The notes under the pieces were generated by a model. It was given only the letters and a program-made list of their open reading frames with translations, was not told the DNA's origin and did no database searches. A program made the position numbers and the translations under genes. 64,000 nucleotides of DNA, from positions 86,862,001 to 86,926,000 of the forward strand of contig OX597814.1 of assembly GCA_951406725.2 (NCBI GenBank), given 5' to 3'. This DNA is from Octopus vulgaris (lineage: Eukaryota). Shown in pieces: positions 26,642 through 41,374 of this stretch (positions within the stretch are counted from its first letter, which is position 1; each line of letters begins with the position of its first letter).

Positions 26642-27470
26642 GTATATATATATATATATATATAATTTAATAAATAAAATATATGCATACATACATATAT
26701 GTACGTACCTACATCTACATGTATATATACATGCATATATATATATATATCGTTTCTTTTCTCTAAGTAAGTTTATATATATATATATATATGGGAGTGG
26801 GAGAATGTAAAAACAGGTCGGCATGTCACCATCACCACCACCACCAAGTTTATATATATATATATATATATGGGAGTGGGAGAAAGTAAAAACAGGTCGT
26901 CATGCTACCACCACCACAACCAATTAGCCAGAAGATAAGTTGTTATATAAAATAACCCTGGGCGTTTTTAGGTTTGAAATTTCTCTTCAGTCGATAATAT
27001 AGTTTAGTGTCATGAAATCTCTATTTTAAGCAGTAAGTTGTGGCTTTTAAATAAAGCATGTATCCACAATTAGGTATAAATCCTTCATTTTACAGTCAAC
27101 TGACATCATATGGGAGATAGAAATATCAGAATTTGCATAAATATGCAACTCATGCTAGTTTGGAGAAGTTGGCCTAAAAGTATATTAACTAATTCGCTAG
27201 ACTAATGTTTGTATATCACAACACCAAAGAAGCGTATGTATGATTGCTCACTCTGTTAGAAATAACAACCAAATTCCCCTTACAACAGAACTTTACCGTC
27301 TTAAAAAAATAAATGAAACATAGATTAATGTAGTCTTACAAACAGTCTCGGAAAGTGAGGAGGGATGGTCATATCTGAAATACTTTAATTATATATCAAC
27401 TTGATCATAGCTGATGTTGGGATTAAACAGCAACAACAATGATAATAACAACAGCAATAATTTGTAATGG

Positions 27471-27537
<67 letters not shown>

Positions 27538-28219
27538 CACACATACTTGGGTTTGTCTGAAGTAGTTATTATTTGAGATAAGTACTTGAAACAGTGCTAT
27601 GTCTGAGTGTCAAATTCTGTTGTGATACATAGTATAGGAGGTATCATATTGGAATAGGGAAGCATATTTAAATGAAAAATGTTTAATATTTATCTAGATT
27701 AGACAATAAGGAGAGCACTCTTATTGTCTATTTACTTTCATGAAGAATTACGTCAATCGTTATGAATCCAGAATATTGAGAGAAAAAGGTTGGGTTTCCT
27801 ATGAAGAAATTGAAACAAGTTAAAAGAAGAGGACTACATTTATCTTTAATATGCTATCCATCTAGATGCACTTCTGTTAAGCATCATATGAGGACCTGTT
27901 ACATGCACAAACAGACTAAAGATGAAGTGACTTATGTCAGAAAATTTGGCTAGCTGAATCTCTTAATTATATTTATCACTTACTCAAAATAGACACAAAT
28001 CTCCAATGAACTTTTCGACAGCAGATATGCAAGGATTGACATGATCTACATAGCTAAATTGTTACATGTGAGACAAAAGAAACTTTTCTGACTTCTAGAA
28101 GAAGGAAGAATTTTTAGTAACTTTAATGAATGACTGCTCCTGAGTAGAAGCAGAATGCTCATACTGTAGCTTCACGTGGCATTATATATATATATATATA
28201 TATATTACATGGGAAAATG

Positions 28220-29363
28220 TGAGCAAGAGAAATAATATTCTTAAGATTATAAACCTGGAAAAGTACAGGAGTTATTATTCTTGGAAAAGTTCTAGACAAG
28301 TTATTACATGTGATAAAGTACAGAACAAGAAAATTTTTTACTTAAAATACTGCAGCTAAGGATAAAATTTCAAATAAAAAATATTTTGATCTAGAAAATA
28401 TTAGCTTTTATTAAAACTAAAAATTTTATTACAAGTTATTACTTCTATTTGTTATTACTTGTTAGTTCTATTATAAATAATAAAAAATAACTCAAAATAC
28501 TTTTTGCACTTTACAAAAATTCATTTTTTAGGGGATCATTGTAGTTGTGATCCCCATGCCAGTGGCACATAAAAAGCACCATCCAATCATGGTCAATGCC
28601 AGCTCCCTCTGGCTCCTGTGCTGGTGGCTCATAAAAAAAAAGCACAGACTACACTCTTGGGGTGGTTGGCGTTAGGAAGGGCATCCAGCTGTAGAAACAC
28701 TGCCAGATCAGACTGGAACCTGGTGCAGCCTCCTGGCTTCCCAGACTCCAGGCTTCCCAGACTCCAGTTGAACCGTCCAACCCATGCCAGCATGGAAAAT
28801 GGATGTTAAACGATGACGATGATGATGATGATGATGGTGATGATGAATTAGAAATTTTTAAATAGGTTATGAAAAATAATAGTAGTACTTAATTAGTTAG
28901 TACAATAAATAGAATAATACAAAAATTAGTTATATATTACAGTAAAATCTACCTATAACAAATTCACAGTAAAATTTGCTTGAGCTATTGCCTAAGTTAT
29001 TGCCAAGTCTTCACATTTTTAGTCTTGACCCAATGCCTATTTTTTACATAATGAATTTGTCTACCATATATACTATTCTACTTTGCATAAAACTTTAGCT
29101 ATATTGGTACTTCTGATTCTCATTTTTTAAGTATCAATATTTTAACAAAATGATGGCACCCTTTTTAATTATAATGATACTCTGAATTAAAATCAAATAA
29201 TTTTTAATATTCAAATTTTATCCTTAGCCGCAATATTTTAAGTAAAAAAATTCTTGTTCTGTACTACACCATATGTAATAAGTTGTCCTGAACTTTTCCA
29301 AGTATAATAACTTGTCCTGTAATTTTCCAGGTTTATAATCTTAAGAATATTATTCCTCTTGCT
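28220..29363. mobile_element. Foldback/MITE-like element with about 150-bp TIRs
   Basis: 28221-28368 is the reverse complement of about 29214-29363; TSD not resolved. Confidence 0.7.
28555..28845 (+). mobile_element. RTE-tail short retroelement
   Basis: ttggcgttaggaagggcatccagctgtagaaac...ccatgccagcatggaaaatggatgttaaacgatgacgatgatg. Confidence 0.8.
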
Positions 29364-30129
29364 TTCATAGTTTGAGATTTTACCTTATTGAATAATATAT
29401 TATTATTAATATCAGGAGATCAATATTAGAAAATTCTTCAGAAAGATATATACATGTGTAAAATAATTGTTGTATCAAAAATATAAATATATATAAAAAT
29501 ATATGTAAATATGTATAAGTATAAATATAAATATATAATGTATATGACAGTTTTAAAGTTTTGAATTAAGTTTTTAAAGCATCTTATGATCGTTTCACAG
29601 AAGTGCTGTCCCTATAATGGAATCCTATATTGATAAGCATTTAGACAACTCTTCTACTCTTCAGAGATATAAAATTTGAATTTTGTATAATATATCGAAT
29701 GGTAGTTTTTTTTTAAATTTGAAGTAATGCTATAAAATGGTGTTTGTTTGAAATATAAATTAAAAATTTAAAATTACTGCTTTTGATTTTGGTAAGTACA
29801 CTTTAGTATGAGAGTCTTTAAATCCATATATACTTCCTTGGTTAGTCTTCTGTAATAATCCATAATATTTATGTATAAAATCCATTATATTGTCTTGTAT
29901 TCCACATATAGTTCATAGACTTAGATAATATAGAATAATGGAATCCTATATTGATAAGCATTTATAGACAATTCTTCTTCTCTTCAGCAATATCAAATAT
30001 GAAATTTGTATAATTTTACGAATGGTAGTTTTTAAAAAAATTATGAAGTAATATTGGGCATATTCTCATTGAATATATTTAACTAAATATTTATATATAA
30101 CTTTATTGAATAATAAATTTAATAAATTT

Positions 30130-31050
30130 CGTTAAGAGAGAGGTGTGTGTGTGAGGGAGATAGAGTGACAGCATACATTTTTAAATTTATTTTTCCTTGC
30201 ATCTTTTTTGAGTGTGTGAGTGATTGACTGACTGAGAGGGAGAGAGGTATGTGTTGTCAGAGAAAGAGAGAGAATGAGAGAGAAAGAGAGTAAGAGAGAG
30301 AGTGATAATGTAAATTTTATTTATTTACTTTTTTCGCATCTTTTTTAGTGTATGTTTGACTGAGAGAGAGAGAGAGAGAGGTTGTCAGAGAGAGAGAGAG
30401 AGGTGTTGTCAGAGAGAGAGAGAGAGGTGTTGCCAGAGAGAGAGAGAGAGGTTGTCAGAGAGAGAGAGAGAGGTGTTGTCAGAGAGAGAGAGAGAGGTGT
30501 TGCCAGAGAGAGAGAGATGTCTTGCTCTGTTTGTGTGTGAGAAAGAGAGAGGGAGAGAGTGATAACGTAAATCTTGTCATTTATTTAGTTTTTCTTACAT
30601 TTTTTTAGTGAGTGAGTGTGAGTGAATGGCTAGGGTCAGTCACACGTGCACACAAACACATACGTACACCCATTGTCTGTCATATACTCATACATTTGTA
30701 AATACATATGCATAAATGTTTTCTATGTGTGTGGAAAGAGAAAGAGTCAGTGAATGGTGTGTGTTCTCATGACAATTTTTTTTGCATGTATTATGCTATC
30801 ACTCTCTCTCTCTCTCTCTCACGCACACACACATACACACAGAGTAACATACATCTTCTCCCTCTCTCTCTCTCTCTCTCTCTCTGTCAATCACCCATAC
30901 ATTCACTGAAAAAAGATGCAAGAAAAAAATAAATAAAAAATGTATGCTGTCACTCTCTCTCTCTCTCGCTCTCTTTCTGTCTCTCTCTCTCTCTCTCTCA
31001 CATACACGCATAATACACACTTTCTGTCTCACAACCCCCATCAATACATA
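30130..31050. repeat. Inverted-repeat block with a (GA)n-GGTGTTGTCA minisatellite
   Basis: 30163-30230 is inverted relative to 30885-30958; minisatellite at 30362-30515; similar units at 17270-17480 and 44540-44830. Confidence 0.7.
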
Positions 31051-31689
31051 CACACATCCATGTCCATTTCCTCCATCTTTCACTTTATGCTGACTTCAAA
31101 CAAAGTGTACATTTCCACTCACAAAAATAAATAAAATTTTTTTACAGAATTTACCGAATGCCATAAGATCATAGGTGAGCTATGCACACATGCCTTTGAG
31201 TTAAAATGAAAGATTGCCAAAATGGTGATTACCAAAATTTCTAAATATTATAAAATTTTTTTCATTTTTATGATATAATTGCATTAATTAATACAGATGA
31301 TGTAATTAAACTAATTGCAAATTAGTGGTGTCATTGATAATTTTTTCCTTACCTCAATGATGCCAATGGCATATGTTAAAAGTCCCCTTATAAAGCTATA
31401 TTCATAAAAAAAGTATAGAACTATATTATCACCCTCAAATTTGAGAAACAAACACTCATAACTTTTTTCTATTAAAACTTCATTGCATGAGATTGTTACC
31501 ACGAAATTCCTCGAATTGAGCTCTATCATAAGCTTAATTAAAATAAGGGTCTGCACCAATTTTCTGACAGGATTAAATGAATGTCTGAAAATTCATAACT
31601 ATCTGTTACTAAATCCAAAGGAGATTTTTTTCCAAGCTTAATGGAGGCAAACTCTTTTCTAAATTGGATTTATTGGAAGCTTATTTACA

Positions 31690-33900
31690 GCTGTGGGTAG
31701 ATGAAGAATGTTTCAAGCACAAAGGGTTATACAAGTTTAACTGACTTCCTCTCAGAATAAGAGTCACACCTGCAATATTTTCAACAGGTTATGGATGCAA
31801 TGTGAATTCGCAATTCTATACCTGGATGATATATTAATTAAAAGTGAATCTCGTTTTCAGCATGTCAAGCACATAAAGTGTGTTTTTGAAAAAATAAGAG
31901 ATTATGGTTTCACATTGAGTCAGGAAAAATGTGAATTTTTCTTACCTGAAATTATGTAGGACAAATTATTGACAGGAATAGACAACTGGACCTGTCGAGG
32001 GTAGACACAATTAAAGATATGTCTCCTCCGACTAATATAACAACCTTTATTAGATCTTGCAAATTATTACCAAATGTATATTCCAAGAATGCATGAGCTA
32101 AGAGCACTTTTAAACAAACTGCTGAAAAAAGATGTGAAATGGTGTTGGACTGACGAATGCCAAAAAAGCATTGGAAGAGATTAAAAAGATGTTAACATCA
32201 GACACATTTTGATTTGAAACTAAAAATAATTGTAGCATCAGAAGCTAGCGTGTCTGGGATCCAGAAAAAAAATTACAGCCAGATAGAGAAAGAGGCACTA
32301 GCCATTATTTTTGCAGTGAAGAAATTTCATAAATTCTTGCATGGCAGAAAGTTTACCTTGCAGACAGATCACCGTCCACTATTAACAATATATGGATAAA
32401 AAAAAAAGTTGTTTCCACATATATGCCAATTGATCACAGTGCTGGGGGACTACCTTATTAAATTATGATTTCAAAATGGAATTTTTGCCTTTGAAGAAAT
32501 TGGGACATGCAGATGGGCTGTCAAGATTGATCTTGGAGTATAAGGAACTGCTAGAAGGTATGGTAATAGCGCCATTAAAATCAGAAATTGAATTAAAAAA
32601 TATTCTCTGCAATGTAGTGTGGGAATCATCAGTCACATTGGAAGAGATAAAGCAGAAAAAGATACATTTATTAACAAAATGAAAAAAATAATAATGAACG
32701 AGACAAATACAAAAAATTATGTTGCTGAGGGTAACACAGATTCGAAATACTATTCAATGTGTGACAACGTGTTGATGTACACTCAGAGGGTTGTGATTTC
32801 TGATGTATTACAAAATAGAATGCTAAAAGAATTTCACGTAGGACATCCTGGAATTGCAAGGATGAAGTTCTTCATGAGGAGTTATATTTACTGGCCTAGT
32901 GTAGATAAAGATATTAAGAAACTGGTGAAAGCATGCAGGGCTGTGCCCTGGCAGCTAAAGCACCTCCAGTAAAGATTCAACTGTGGCCAAAGACAGATAT
33001 TCCATGGTCTAGACTACACATAGATTTTACAGAACCACTAAACAGTGTATATTATCTGGTAGTGGTAGATAGCTACACAAAATGGCCTGAAATTTGTAAG
33101 TACAGAAAACCAACTACGAAAATAACTATTGAATTTTTGTATGAAATATTTGTACATTTTGGAGTGCTAGATACTATAGTGTCGGATAATGGCTTGCAAT
33201 TTACAGCAAAAGAGTTCAAAGATTTTTGTAAGATGCATCAAATGGAATATGTCACTACCCTGCCATATCATGAGGTCAAATGGACTTGTTGAGAGGTTCG
33301 TAGATACATTTAAAAGAGTGTTGATGAAAACCAGAAACGAATCATTAGTGGATAATACACTGACAAAATTTTTACTCATTTATAGAATAACACTAAACCC
33401 CAGCATAGAGTTGGGTATGTCACCTGCTGAATTAATGTTTGCGAGAAAGGTACAATCAGTATTTGATAACTTGTTACTAGGAAGGAAACAGCAAATACAG
33501 AAGAATACTGTTAATAATACAAACTATCTCAATATAGGTGATGCAGTATTTTTTTAAATGTACAAATATGGAAAACAAAGTTGGGAACAAGGATGAATAA
33601 GAAAATGTCTTGGTAGAGTAATATATATGGTGAAAGGGAAGACATGTGAGCATTAGAGACATGTAAATCAAACAAAAAAGATACACAGAAGGACAAGAAA
33701 TGCAGGAAAAGCCTATGGAAATACTATATGACACATTTGATAATCGGGCACCTCAGCAAAGGGTTGAACCAGTGGGTAAGTCAACTAGAAAGAGAAAGTG
33801 GATGGAGATGTTAGATATTGATTCTAAACAAATAAAAATATGCCAATTTCTCCTCAAGGAAGTAAAAACAAAAAATAAAGGGAAAGCCAATCTCAAAGGG
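31690..33900 (+). pseudogene. Decayed Ty3/Gypsy pol (RT-RNase H-integrase)
   Basis: YLDDILI at about 31818; [26 protein letters not shown]; HVGHPGI; WSRLHIDF; VSDNG; SNGLVERF; many frameshifts and stops. Confidence 0.92.
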
Positions 33901-33906
33901 AAGAGG

Positions 33907-34135
33907 TGTTGTATGGGAAATCTGTACACTCCTGTGATTGGCGAAGTGAACTATACTAGTTAGTATAAAGGAGCATGCGCAGAACAGTCTGAGAAGAATG
34001 CCACATACACAGTTATATTGTACAGGTTGGAACTATTGAATAGAGATATTGTGGTGTGCTTGTTGAAGATACACAGTTGGAAAGTAATAAGAGAACATCA
34101 GGAACTTTTAATATTACAATAGTTCAGATATAACA
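33907..34135 (+). mobile_element. Probable 3' LTR of the decayed Gypsy
   Basis: PPT AAAGGGAAGAGG directly followed by TGTTGTAT; candidate end TATAACA; TATAAA inside. Confidence 0.55.
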
Positions 34136-35194
34136 GTGACGAGGAGAAGTCGTACATCATATCAGTTTTCTTTTGTATTTCTTGTTTGGGTATATCCTCC
34201 TTTTCCCTTGTTTCGCAACTTAGGAGGGAGGAGAACATTTTCTGTGATAGTTCGTCAATAGGATTGCCTGCATCTTGTTTTCCAGTTCAGTATCCATGTG
34301 TAAAAATTTTACACAAAAAGAGAAAAAATAAAATAATTCTCCTCTTAACAGGGAGAATTCAGAAAAACACAACCCTGCCCATGCAGGTAGTGTGTCGAAA
34401 AGACACAGAAAGCAGTAAAAGGTGGTAACAAATCAACAACTGGTAACAATTTAAATAACAAAGTAGTTCAATAAGGCAAACCTACATTCACTTCAGGAGC
34501 AGTAAAAAATGTTTGTTTGCAATTCATTTTGATAGATTTTTAATCAATGGGTAAAATTTTTTAGTTGATTGGTATGTTTTAATAATTCTTTTTAATCACC
34601 TACTTTAGTTGATTTCTATAGACATTTTTCCAGACAGGTCCTTCTATATATTTTTGTATTTTTATATGTGCATACATACATTTTTTACCTTTGGTGTTTA
34701 TATATGTATTTCTTTTATATGTTGAAAGCCATGGTACTATTTGTATATGATGAAATGTATAGAAGCATGGAGTTATATAAAGTTGTTGGCCCGAATTTGG
34801 TGTTTGTTCTCTAATTAATGATTTATATAGTTACTACATATGTGGAAAATTGGTGTGTTTGTTTGTGGTGTTGTTAGCTAACTCCTCATACATCGTATTA
34901 TTGATTTTGATGAAACTTGACACATGAGTAGAACTCTGGTCTGGAAACCTCATGACATACTTAAATTGTTAAAAAAATCGATAATACGCCCCCTGGAAAG
35001 GACTTTTATATCTACCTCATATGACTAATTTTTTTTTAAACACCCAAAGGGAAATAACCCATAGCACCTGCACAATATTTTTTAAACACTCAAGGGAAAT
35101 AACCCATTTCATTGTTTATGTTTGATTACGTTGAATATTGATTTTTGTGTATCCTATTTCTAATTTTTGCCGACAATATCACTTTCATACTTCA

Positions 35195-35584
35195 CTACCA
35201 GTATTACCCGACGTTGCTCGGGTTTGTTTCGACCCTTTAGAATTGGAATTTTTGAAAAGTAAAAATTTTGCATTATGTAGCTTGTTATTCTCTTTAAGTG
35301 AACATTTTTTCTGGTTGAAATACACCGAAAAATGGCAACACAGCAGTCAAAAAATTGTAAAAAATAGGGATTTTCATAGAAAAAGAGCACCTTTTTGATG
35401 TAAATAATTTTTGGTGTTAACATGGTCTGATTTGAATTTTTTATTTTACGGAAGGAAGAGCAAGCCTTCTTCTATCATACTCTCAATTTTGGTCAACTTG
35501 CACCGCAGGGTCTTGGAGGAGATAGTGTTAGTTGAAGGCTACCAAATCTGCCATACACAGACTTCAGCTTTATATATATAGAGA
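35195..35584 (-). mobile_element. Non-autonomous Helitron
   Basis: Minus strand A|TCTCTATATATATAAAG ... CCCGAGCAACGTCGGG hairpin ... GTAG|T. Confidence 0.7.
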
Positions 35585-36345
35585 TTGGATATGTGAGTAG
35601 AACTCACATGTCTGGAAACCTCGTGACATACTTAGATTGTTGAAAAAATGTCTGGAAACCTCGTGACATGCTTAGATTGTTGAAAAAAATCGATAATAGG
35701 GCCCTTCCAATGGATCCTTCTATCTACTACATATTACTAATATTTTATTTAAACAACCCAAAGGAAATAACCCATACCTGCTGCAGATTTTAGCAAAGTG
35801 ATCAATATTTGATTCTCATGATCAGCCGACCAAATTCTGCATTTCACTACTCAAAGTTTTGAACTACTAAACATTATTATTACACTTCCTTCATTTGAAT
35901 CTTAAACCTTAAAGACTTCATTCATACATTTCTATACATACATTTTTGAATGCCAATTACTCTGATAATTCAGCATTTTTATGGTTACACTTTTTCCATG
36001 ACGTAGTGGTTTCATTCAGGTATAGCGTGGATTCGATCCTCGATTGCTAAATTTCACTTAACACTTCAACAGTGCTTTTCTCATGGCAAAACAATAAGCA
36101 GAATAATGTCTTTGCCTCTTGCCAACCTCTGACAATCATTCTCACCAAACTCCGGAAACCTCTCTCAGCAAACTCCAATAATCTCTCCCTCCTCCAGTTG
36201 AAAGTTTTTTGTACTTTTTCATGACGGAAAATACAAAAATTCACCTTTTGTGGTAGTTATAATGAAATTGCTTTCTTATATCAGAGTAAGAAGGCGTTTC
36301 AATAGAACATTTTTACCCCCGGGAATTACCGGGTACACCAGCAAG

Positions 36346-36400
<55 letters not shown>

Positions 36401-36774
36401 TTATATATTACGGAGATGTACTTGTATAGCAAATGACCTGATCTGAGATTGTGAGCTGAAACAAAAACAATTGCAGCATGGAAGGTGTTTATTAGCCATT
36501 TAAAAACACACAAAAACCGTTAGATTCACTTCATAATTTAAATTTAATTTGCCAAAATATTTTTGTCACTTTGAGACTGTAACCTATTCACTGACAAAGT
36601 CCTGTGCTGCTTCACATGATGCACACACACACACACACACATGCAAACACAAACACACGCATGCACACACACACACTTATATAGATACATACATACATAA
36701 ATACATATATGCATATATATATATGCATACACATTCACACACACACACACACACACATATACATACAATTATAC

Positions 36775-36832
<58 letters not shown>

Positions 36833-36854
36833 TTATTTAAAAGCAGCAGAAATA

Positions 36855-36909
36855 TAACAAAAGCTGTTACTCGAAGTTTTACGTTCCCGTTCGTCGGACA
36901 GTTTTGTTA
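36855..36909 (-). ncRNA. Hammerhead-like motif, variant or degenerate core
   Basis: Minus strand UAACAAAACUGU-CCGACGA-ACG-GGAA-CGU-AAAA-CUUCGAG-UA-ACAG-C-UUUUGUUA. Confidence 0.5.
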
Positions 36910-37130
36910 AATAAAGCATATTACTCTACCTCTGGTATTTGAGTACTCTTTTTTCCACCTTGATTCACATTTATGTGCTTACTCCGGTATATATATATTA
37001 ATCAGCCGAAATTACTACGATGATCCGGTTCTTGACTGAAGACTGAGGGTTTCGAATGTCCTGTCCGTGTTTATTGTATCGTCTTCTAAGAGTTATACGT
37101 TCTTGTCCATGTTGTATTTTTCTACATACC

Positions 37131-37184
<54 letters not shown>

Positions 37185-37237
37185 CACATATATATATATA
37201 CACACACACATATATATAAATATATATATACATATAC

Positions 37238-37306
<69 letters not shown>

Positions 37307-37424
37307 CATAATCATATATATATATTATATTAAATTAGAGATAAAACCACTATTAGGTTTAATCCTAAATCTAATTTTTCCCTGTAAGTTTGGATTTACT
37401 CCCTAATATTATTATATATATATA

Positions 37425-38370
37425 GGGAGAGTTTATGAAAAAAACGAAACACGAAGACAATTGGTGTACAAAATAAACAGACATATTAGTATAACACTCA
37501 GGAATAGAAAAAGTCTTTTACGTTTTGAGCCTATGCTCTTGTACAGAAAGGGACACAGAAAAAAACAAGGAGAGAAAAAATGTGTGTAGTGGCTAACAAT
37601 CTATATGGCGACAGAAGGATCACACAGGAGAGCGAAGAAGTAGGGGAGATAACAGAGTAAAGATGACCCCCAACACGAAGGTGTGTATAAGAGAGTAGGT
37701 ATGTGTGTGTGAAAGAGGGCTGGTGGTCTGGACTGTGCATGTATTTATATATAACAAAGTGTGAAAATGTGGGAATGGGAATTGGTCAGTGCTGGTGTGT
37801 GGGTGGTGTGTTGTGATGTGATGTGTAATGTTGTATGGTGTGGTGTGATGTTGTTGGGAGGTGGGGGAAGCAAGAATGGGGAAAGCACAGGTGGGGTGTG
37901 GGTTCGGCTGAGGGTTGGGGTAGAGTTGGGGTATGTGGGTAGGCAGAGGGTGGGGGTAGAGGTGGGGTTTGTGGGAGAGTGTGTAGGGATTGAATGGGGG
38001 GATGGAAAGGATAGGGAAGGTGGAGTGGGAATGTGTAGGGGTGGGGTGGGCTTATGGGGGAAGGGGAAGGTGGGTATGTGAGGAGAGAGAGTAAGAGAGA
38101 AGAGAGAAAGAGAGTAAGAGAGAAGAGAGAAATAGGGAAGAGAGAAAGAGAGTAAGAGAGAAGAGGGAAAGAGAGTAGGGGTGAAGAGAAGTAGGAGGGA
38201 AGAGAAGTAGGAGTCGGGGCAAGAGAGGAAAGTTGGGTGGGAGGAAGTAGGAGGGAGGGCGAGAGAGGCAAGGGGAGGAGGTTAGATGAAGAGGGGAGGA
38301 GAGTTGGGCCCAAATGGCGTAAAGGAGCGAAGAGAGAAGATTAATCCCATGGCGCAAACGGGAAGGATAT
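37425..38370 (-). mobile_element. Probable Penelope 3' end remnant with pyrimidine-rich UTR and degenerate hammerhead
   Basis: FAP-GIN-like end near 38345; CT-rich tract; CUGUACAA-GAGC-auag-GCUC-AAAACGUA at about 37518-37546. Confidence 0.4.
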
Positions 38371-38374
38371 GAAG

Positions 38375-39955
38375 CCCAGTAGGAATCACTGCTGAGATGT
38401 TTAAAATATGGGTTATGGTCTAGTGACCCATATAGTCAATCAGGTTGTCCATGAGGGAGTCATACTCAATGACTGGTGTAACAGCATCATAGTCAACTAC
38501 TACAACTGTAAAGGTGATGCCTTACACAGAAATAATTACAGAGGTATCAAATTCATGGATTAGATGATGAAAGTTACAGAAAGGTCATAGCCCAACTAAA
38601 TAGAAAGAGAGTTAGTCTAGATGAGATGCAGTTTGGTCTTGTGCGAGGGAAAAACACCATTGATGCTATATTCCTGCTAAGGCAGCTGCAGGAGACGTAA
38701 CTAGCCAAAATAAACTTCTGTACTTGGCTTTTCTTGACATGGAGAAACACTTTGACGGGGTTCCCTGCTCCCTTATCTGGTGGTCAATGCAGAAACTAGG
38801 GATAGATGAGAAGCATGTGAGAGCGGTACAAGCCATGTACAGTGATGCTGTCAGTAAGGTGAGGGTTGACAACGAGTATAGCAACTAATTCAGGGTACAA
38901 GTAGGAGTTCAAGGAACAATCCCCACCCCCTTCTTGTTCATCATAGTCCTCTAGGCAATTACAGGAGAATTTAAGTCAGGCTTCCCTTGGGAGTTCCTCT
39001 ATGTTGATGATCCTTTTCTTGTAGCTGAATCATTTCCAGAACTAGAGAAGAAATTTGAGGTGTGGAAGCAAGATCTAGAATCAAAAGGCATTAGAATTAA
39101 TTTAGCAAAGACCAAAGTATTAATAAGTAGGAAAGCAAACAAATCACAAATCCCTTCAGGTTGATGGCCCTGCTCAATATATAGAAAAGACATAGGCAGA
39201 AACTCCATAAAGATGTACCTGATGCAAGTTATGGACACATAAGAAGTGCAACAATATCAGAGGAAGATTATGAACATAGAATACCAGGGTTGATACTTAG
39301 AAGTAGTTTATAGCTTTTATTATCTAGATGACCAAGTTAGCAGCAGAGATGGATGCTCCAAGAGTGTAGCTGCTAGAATATGAATAAGCTGAGCAAAGTT
39401 TAGAGATCTGCTACCTTTGTTGTTATCAAAGAGCCTCTCCCTCAGATTCAAAGGTAGATTGTATCATGCCTGTGTGTGAACAGCCATGCTACATAGCAGT
39501 GAAACAGTGACATGCAAAGGCTTGAAAGAAATGAAGCTAGTATACTTTGCAGGATGTGCAATGTCAGTGTGCATGTATGACAGAGTGTAAACATCTTGAG
39601 AGAAAAATTGGGCATAAAAGGCATCAAATATAGTGTGTGAGAGAGATGACTGTGCTGGTATAGTCATGTGATGTGCATGGATGATGAAAGTTGTGCAAAG
39701 AAGTGCTGATCTCTAACTGTGGAGGGAACCTGTGGAAGAGGTAGACACAGGAAGACATGGGACAAGGTGGTGAAGCAAGATCTTTGACAGTTGGGTCTCA
39801 GAGAGGCAATGACAAGTGATTGAGACCTTTGGTGATTTGCTGTGTTTGAGAAGACTTGTCAAGTGAAAGCATAGTTGTAGCTGGTGTCAGTGACATGTAA
39901 AACTGTCTAACCCAGGCCAGCATGGAAAGTGGACACTAAATGATGCTGATAATGG
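38375..39955 (+). mobile_element. 5'-truncated RTE-clade LINE, RT pseudogene
   Basis: KGDAL.RNNYRGIK, QFGL..G..TIDAIFLLRQLQE, AFLDMEK.FD.VP, LLYVDD; tail ccagcatggaaagtggacactaaatgatg. Confidence 0.9.
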
Positions 39956-41374
39956 TGGTAGTGTGTGTGTATGTGTGTATGTATGAGTGTGAGTGAATGT
40001 GTGTGTGTGTGTGTGTGAATGTGCATGGTGTAGTGGCTAGGGTGTTGCACTCATGATCAAATGATCATGGTTTCAATTCTCAGACTGGTTGTGCATTGTG
40101 TTCTTGAGAAAAAACACTTCCTTTCATATTGTTCTAATCGACTCAGCTGTAAATGAATAACCATGCAATAGACTAGTGTTCCATTCAAGGAGAATGTTAG
40201 TCTATCTGTTGAGCCAATGTGGTAGCATCATTCAAAAGCTACAACAATGCAAGGAAGTGCATTGTGACCAGTGATGTCTAATAATATCTGTTAATCTGAT
40301 CAATAATGTGATACTAAGATATCTGTTAATCTGATCAATAATGTGATACTATATATATAGGGGAGCAGGTCAACATTCCTTCTGATCAGATGACTAGTTC
40401 ATCATAGGACTACTCAATTACTGCTGAGTGGATTGGAGCAACATCAAATGAAATATTTTTCTCAAATACACAACACAACACTCAGTTCAGGAATTGAACC
40501 CACAATTGCTAGATCATGAGTGCAACATCCTAACCACGAGGTCACATGCTTTCACACACATACATGTGTGTGCACGTGCAAGCATGCACACTCACACACG
40601 GTTTAAAGGAATATCTAGGAGACAAATAGTTGGTATTTCAGATAATTCATTATGATTATTTAAATAGTTGATAATCAAAAATTAATAATTATTACATATT
40701 AAATTGATCATTTGTAGGTATGTGGGTGTTTGAAAATACTTTACAGAATGACAAATGTGCTCTGCATAATTACAGGCTGCCCTTTGGCAAGGCAAAGAAT
40801 CCATTGAGCCATCCTGCCAGGGATATGGCAAAGTAATGTGACTGCAGCATGGTGGATTGTGAAGAGGTAGTTGAAGAGCTCAGCTGAGCCAATGGTGCTT
40901 CTTACATCGATGCTGAGCAGAAGAATCGAAGATCACCAACCTCTATCAAGAGAATTCTGAAGTTACACAGTGGCTCACCATAAGTGAATAACTGCAACAC
41001 ATTCATAGAGGTGGTGTCCATGTTATGTAATCAGTTAATGAAAGATTTGCTATGACCTAAGCTCCCAATTCAAATTCATAATTATGGAATTGGATGGTGA
41101 CAGAGTCATTGTTATCCATGAAAGTAACGAAAAAAACAAATTGATCGTCAACTACATCTTTAGACAATAAGTTGAGATACAATTTGTATAATGAATTTTC
41201 TATTTATACATATCTACACATGAATGTTAGTCCAATCAATTATAGGGAAGGAAAAAGAGAAAAGAAAAGAGAAGGAAAATAACACATGTAATTATTTTCC
41301 ACTTGTAAGAGATGTCTCACTTAATAAAATGTTTAATTAGTATACCTCAGGTTATGTCATGCTGATGGTTTCAA

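Noticed and set aside
30362-30515. Regularly spaced repeats resembling a CRISPR array
   Set aside because: GA-based minisatellite with no unique spacers, in a eukaryotic context with no cas genes.
37761-38357. Pro/Ser/Leu-rich ORFs
   Set aside because: Low-complexity purine/pyrimidine-skewed tract, probably a retroelement UTR.
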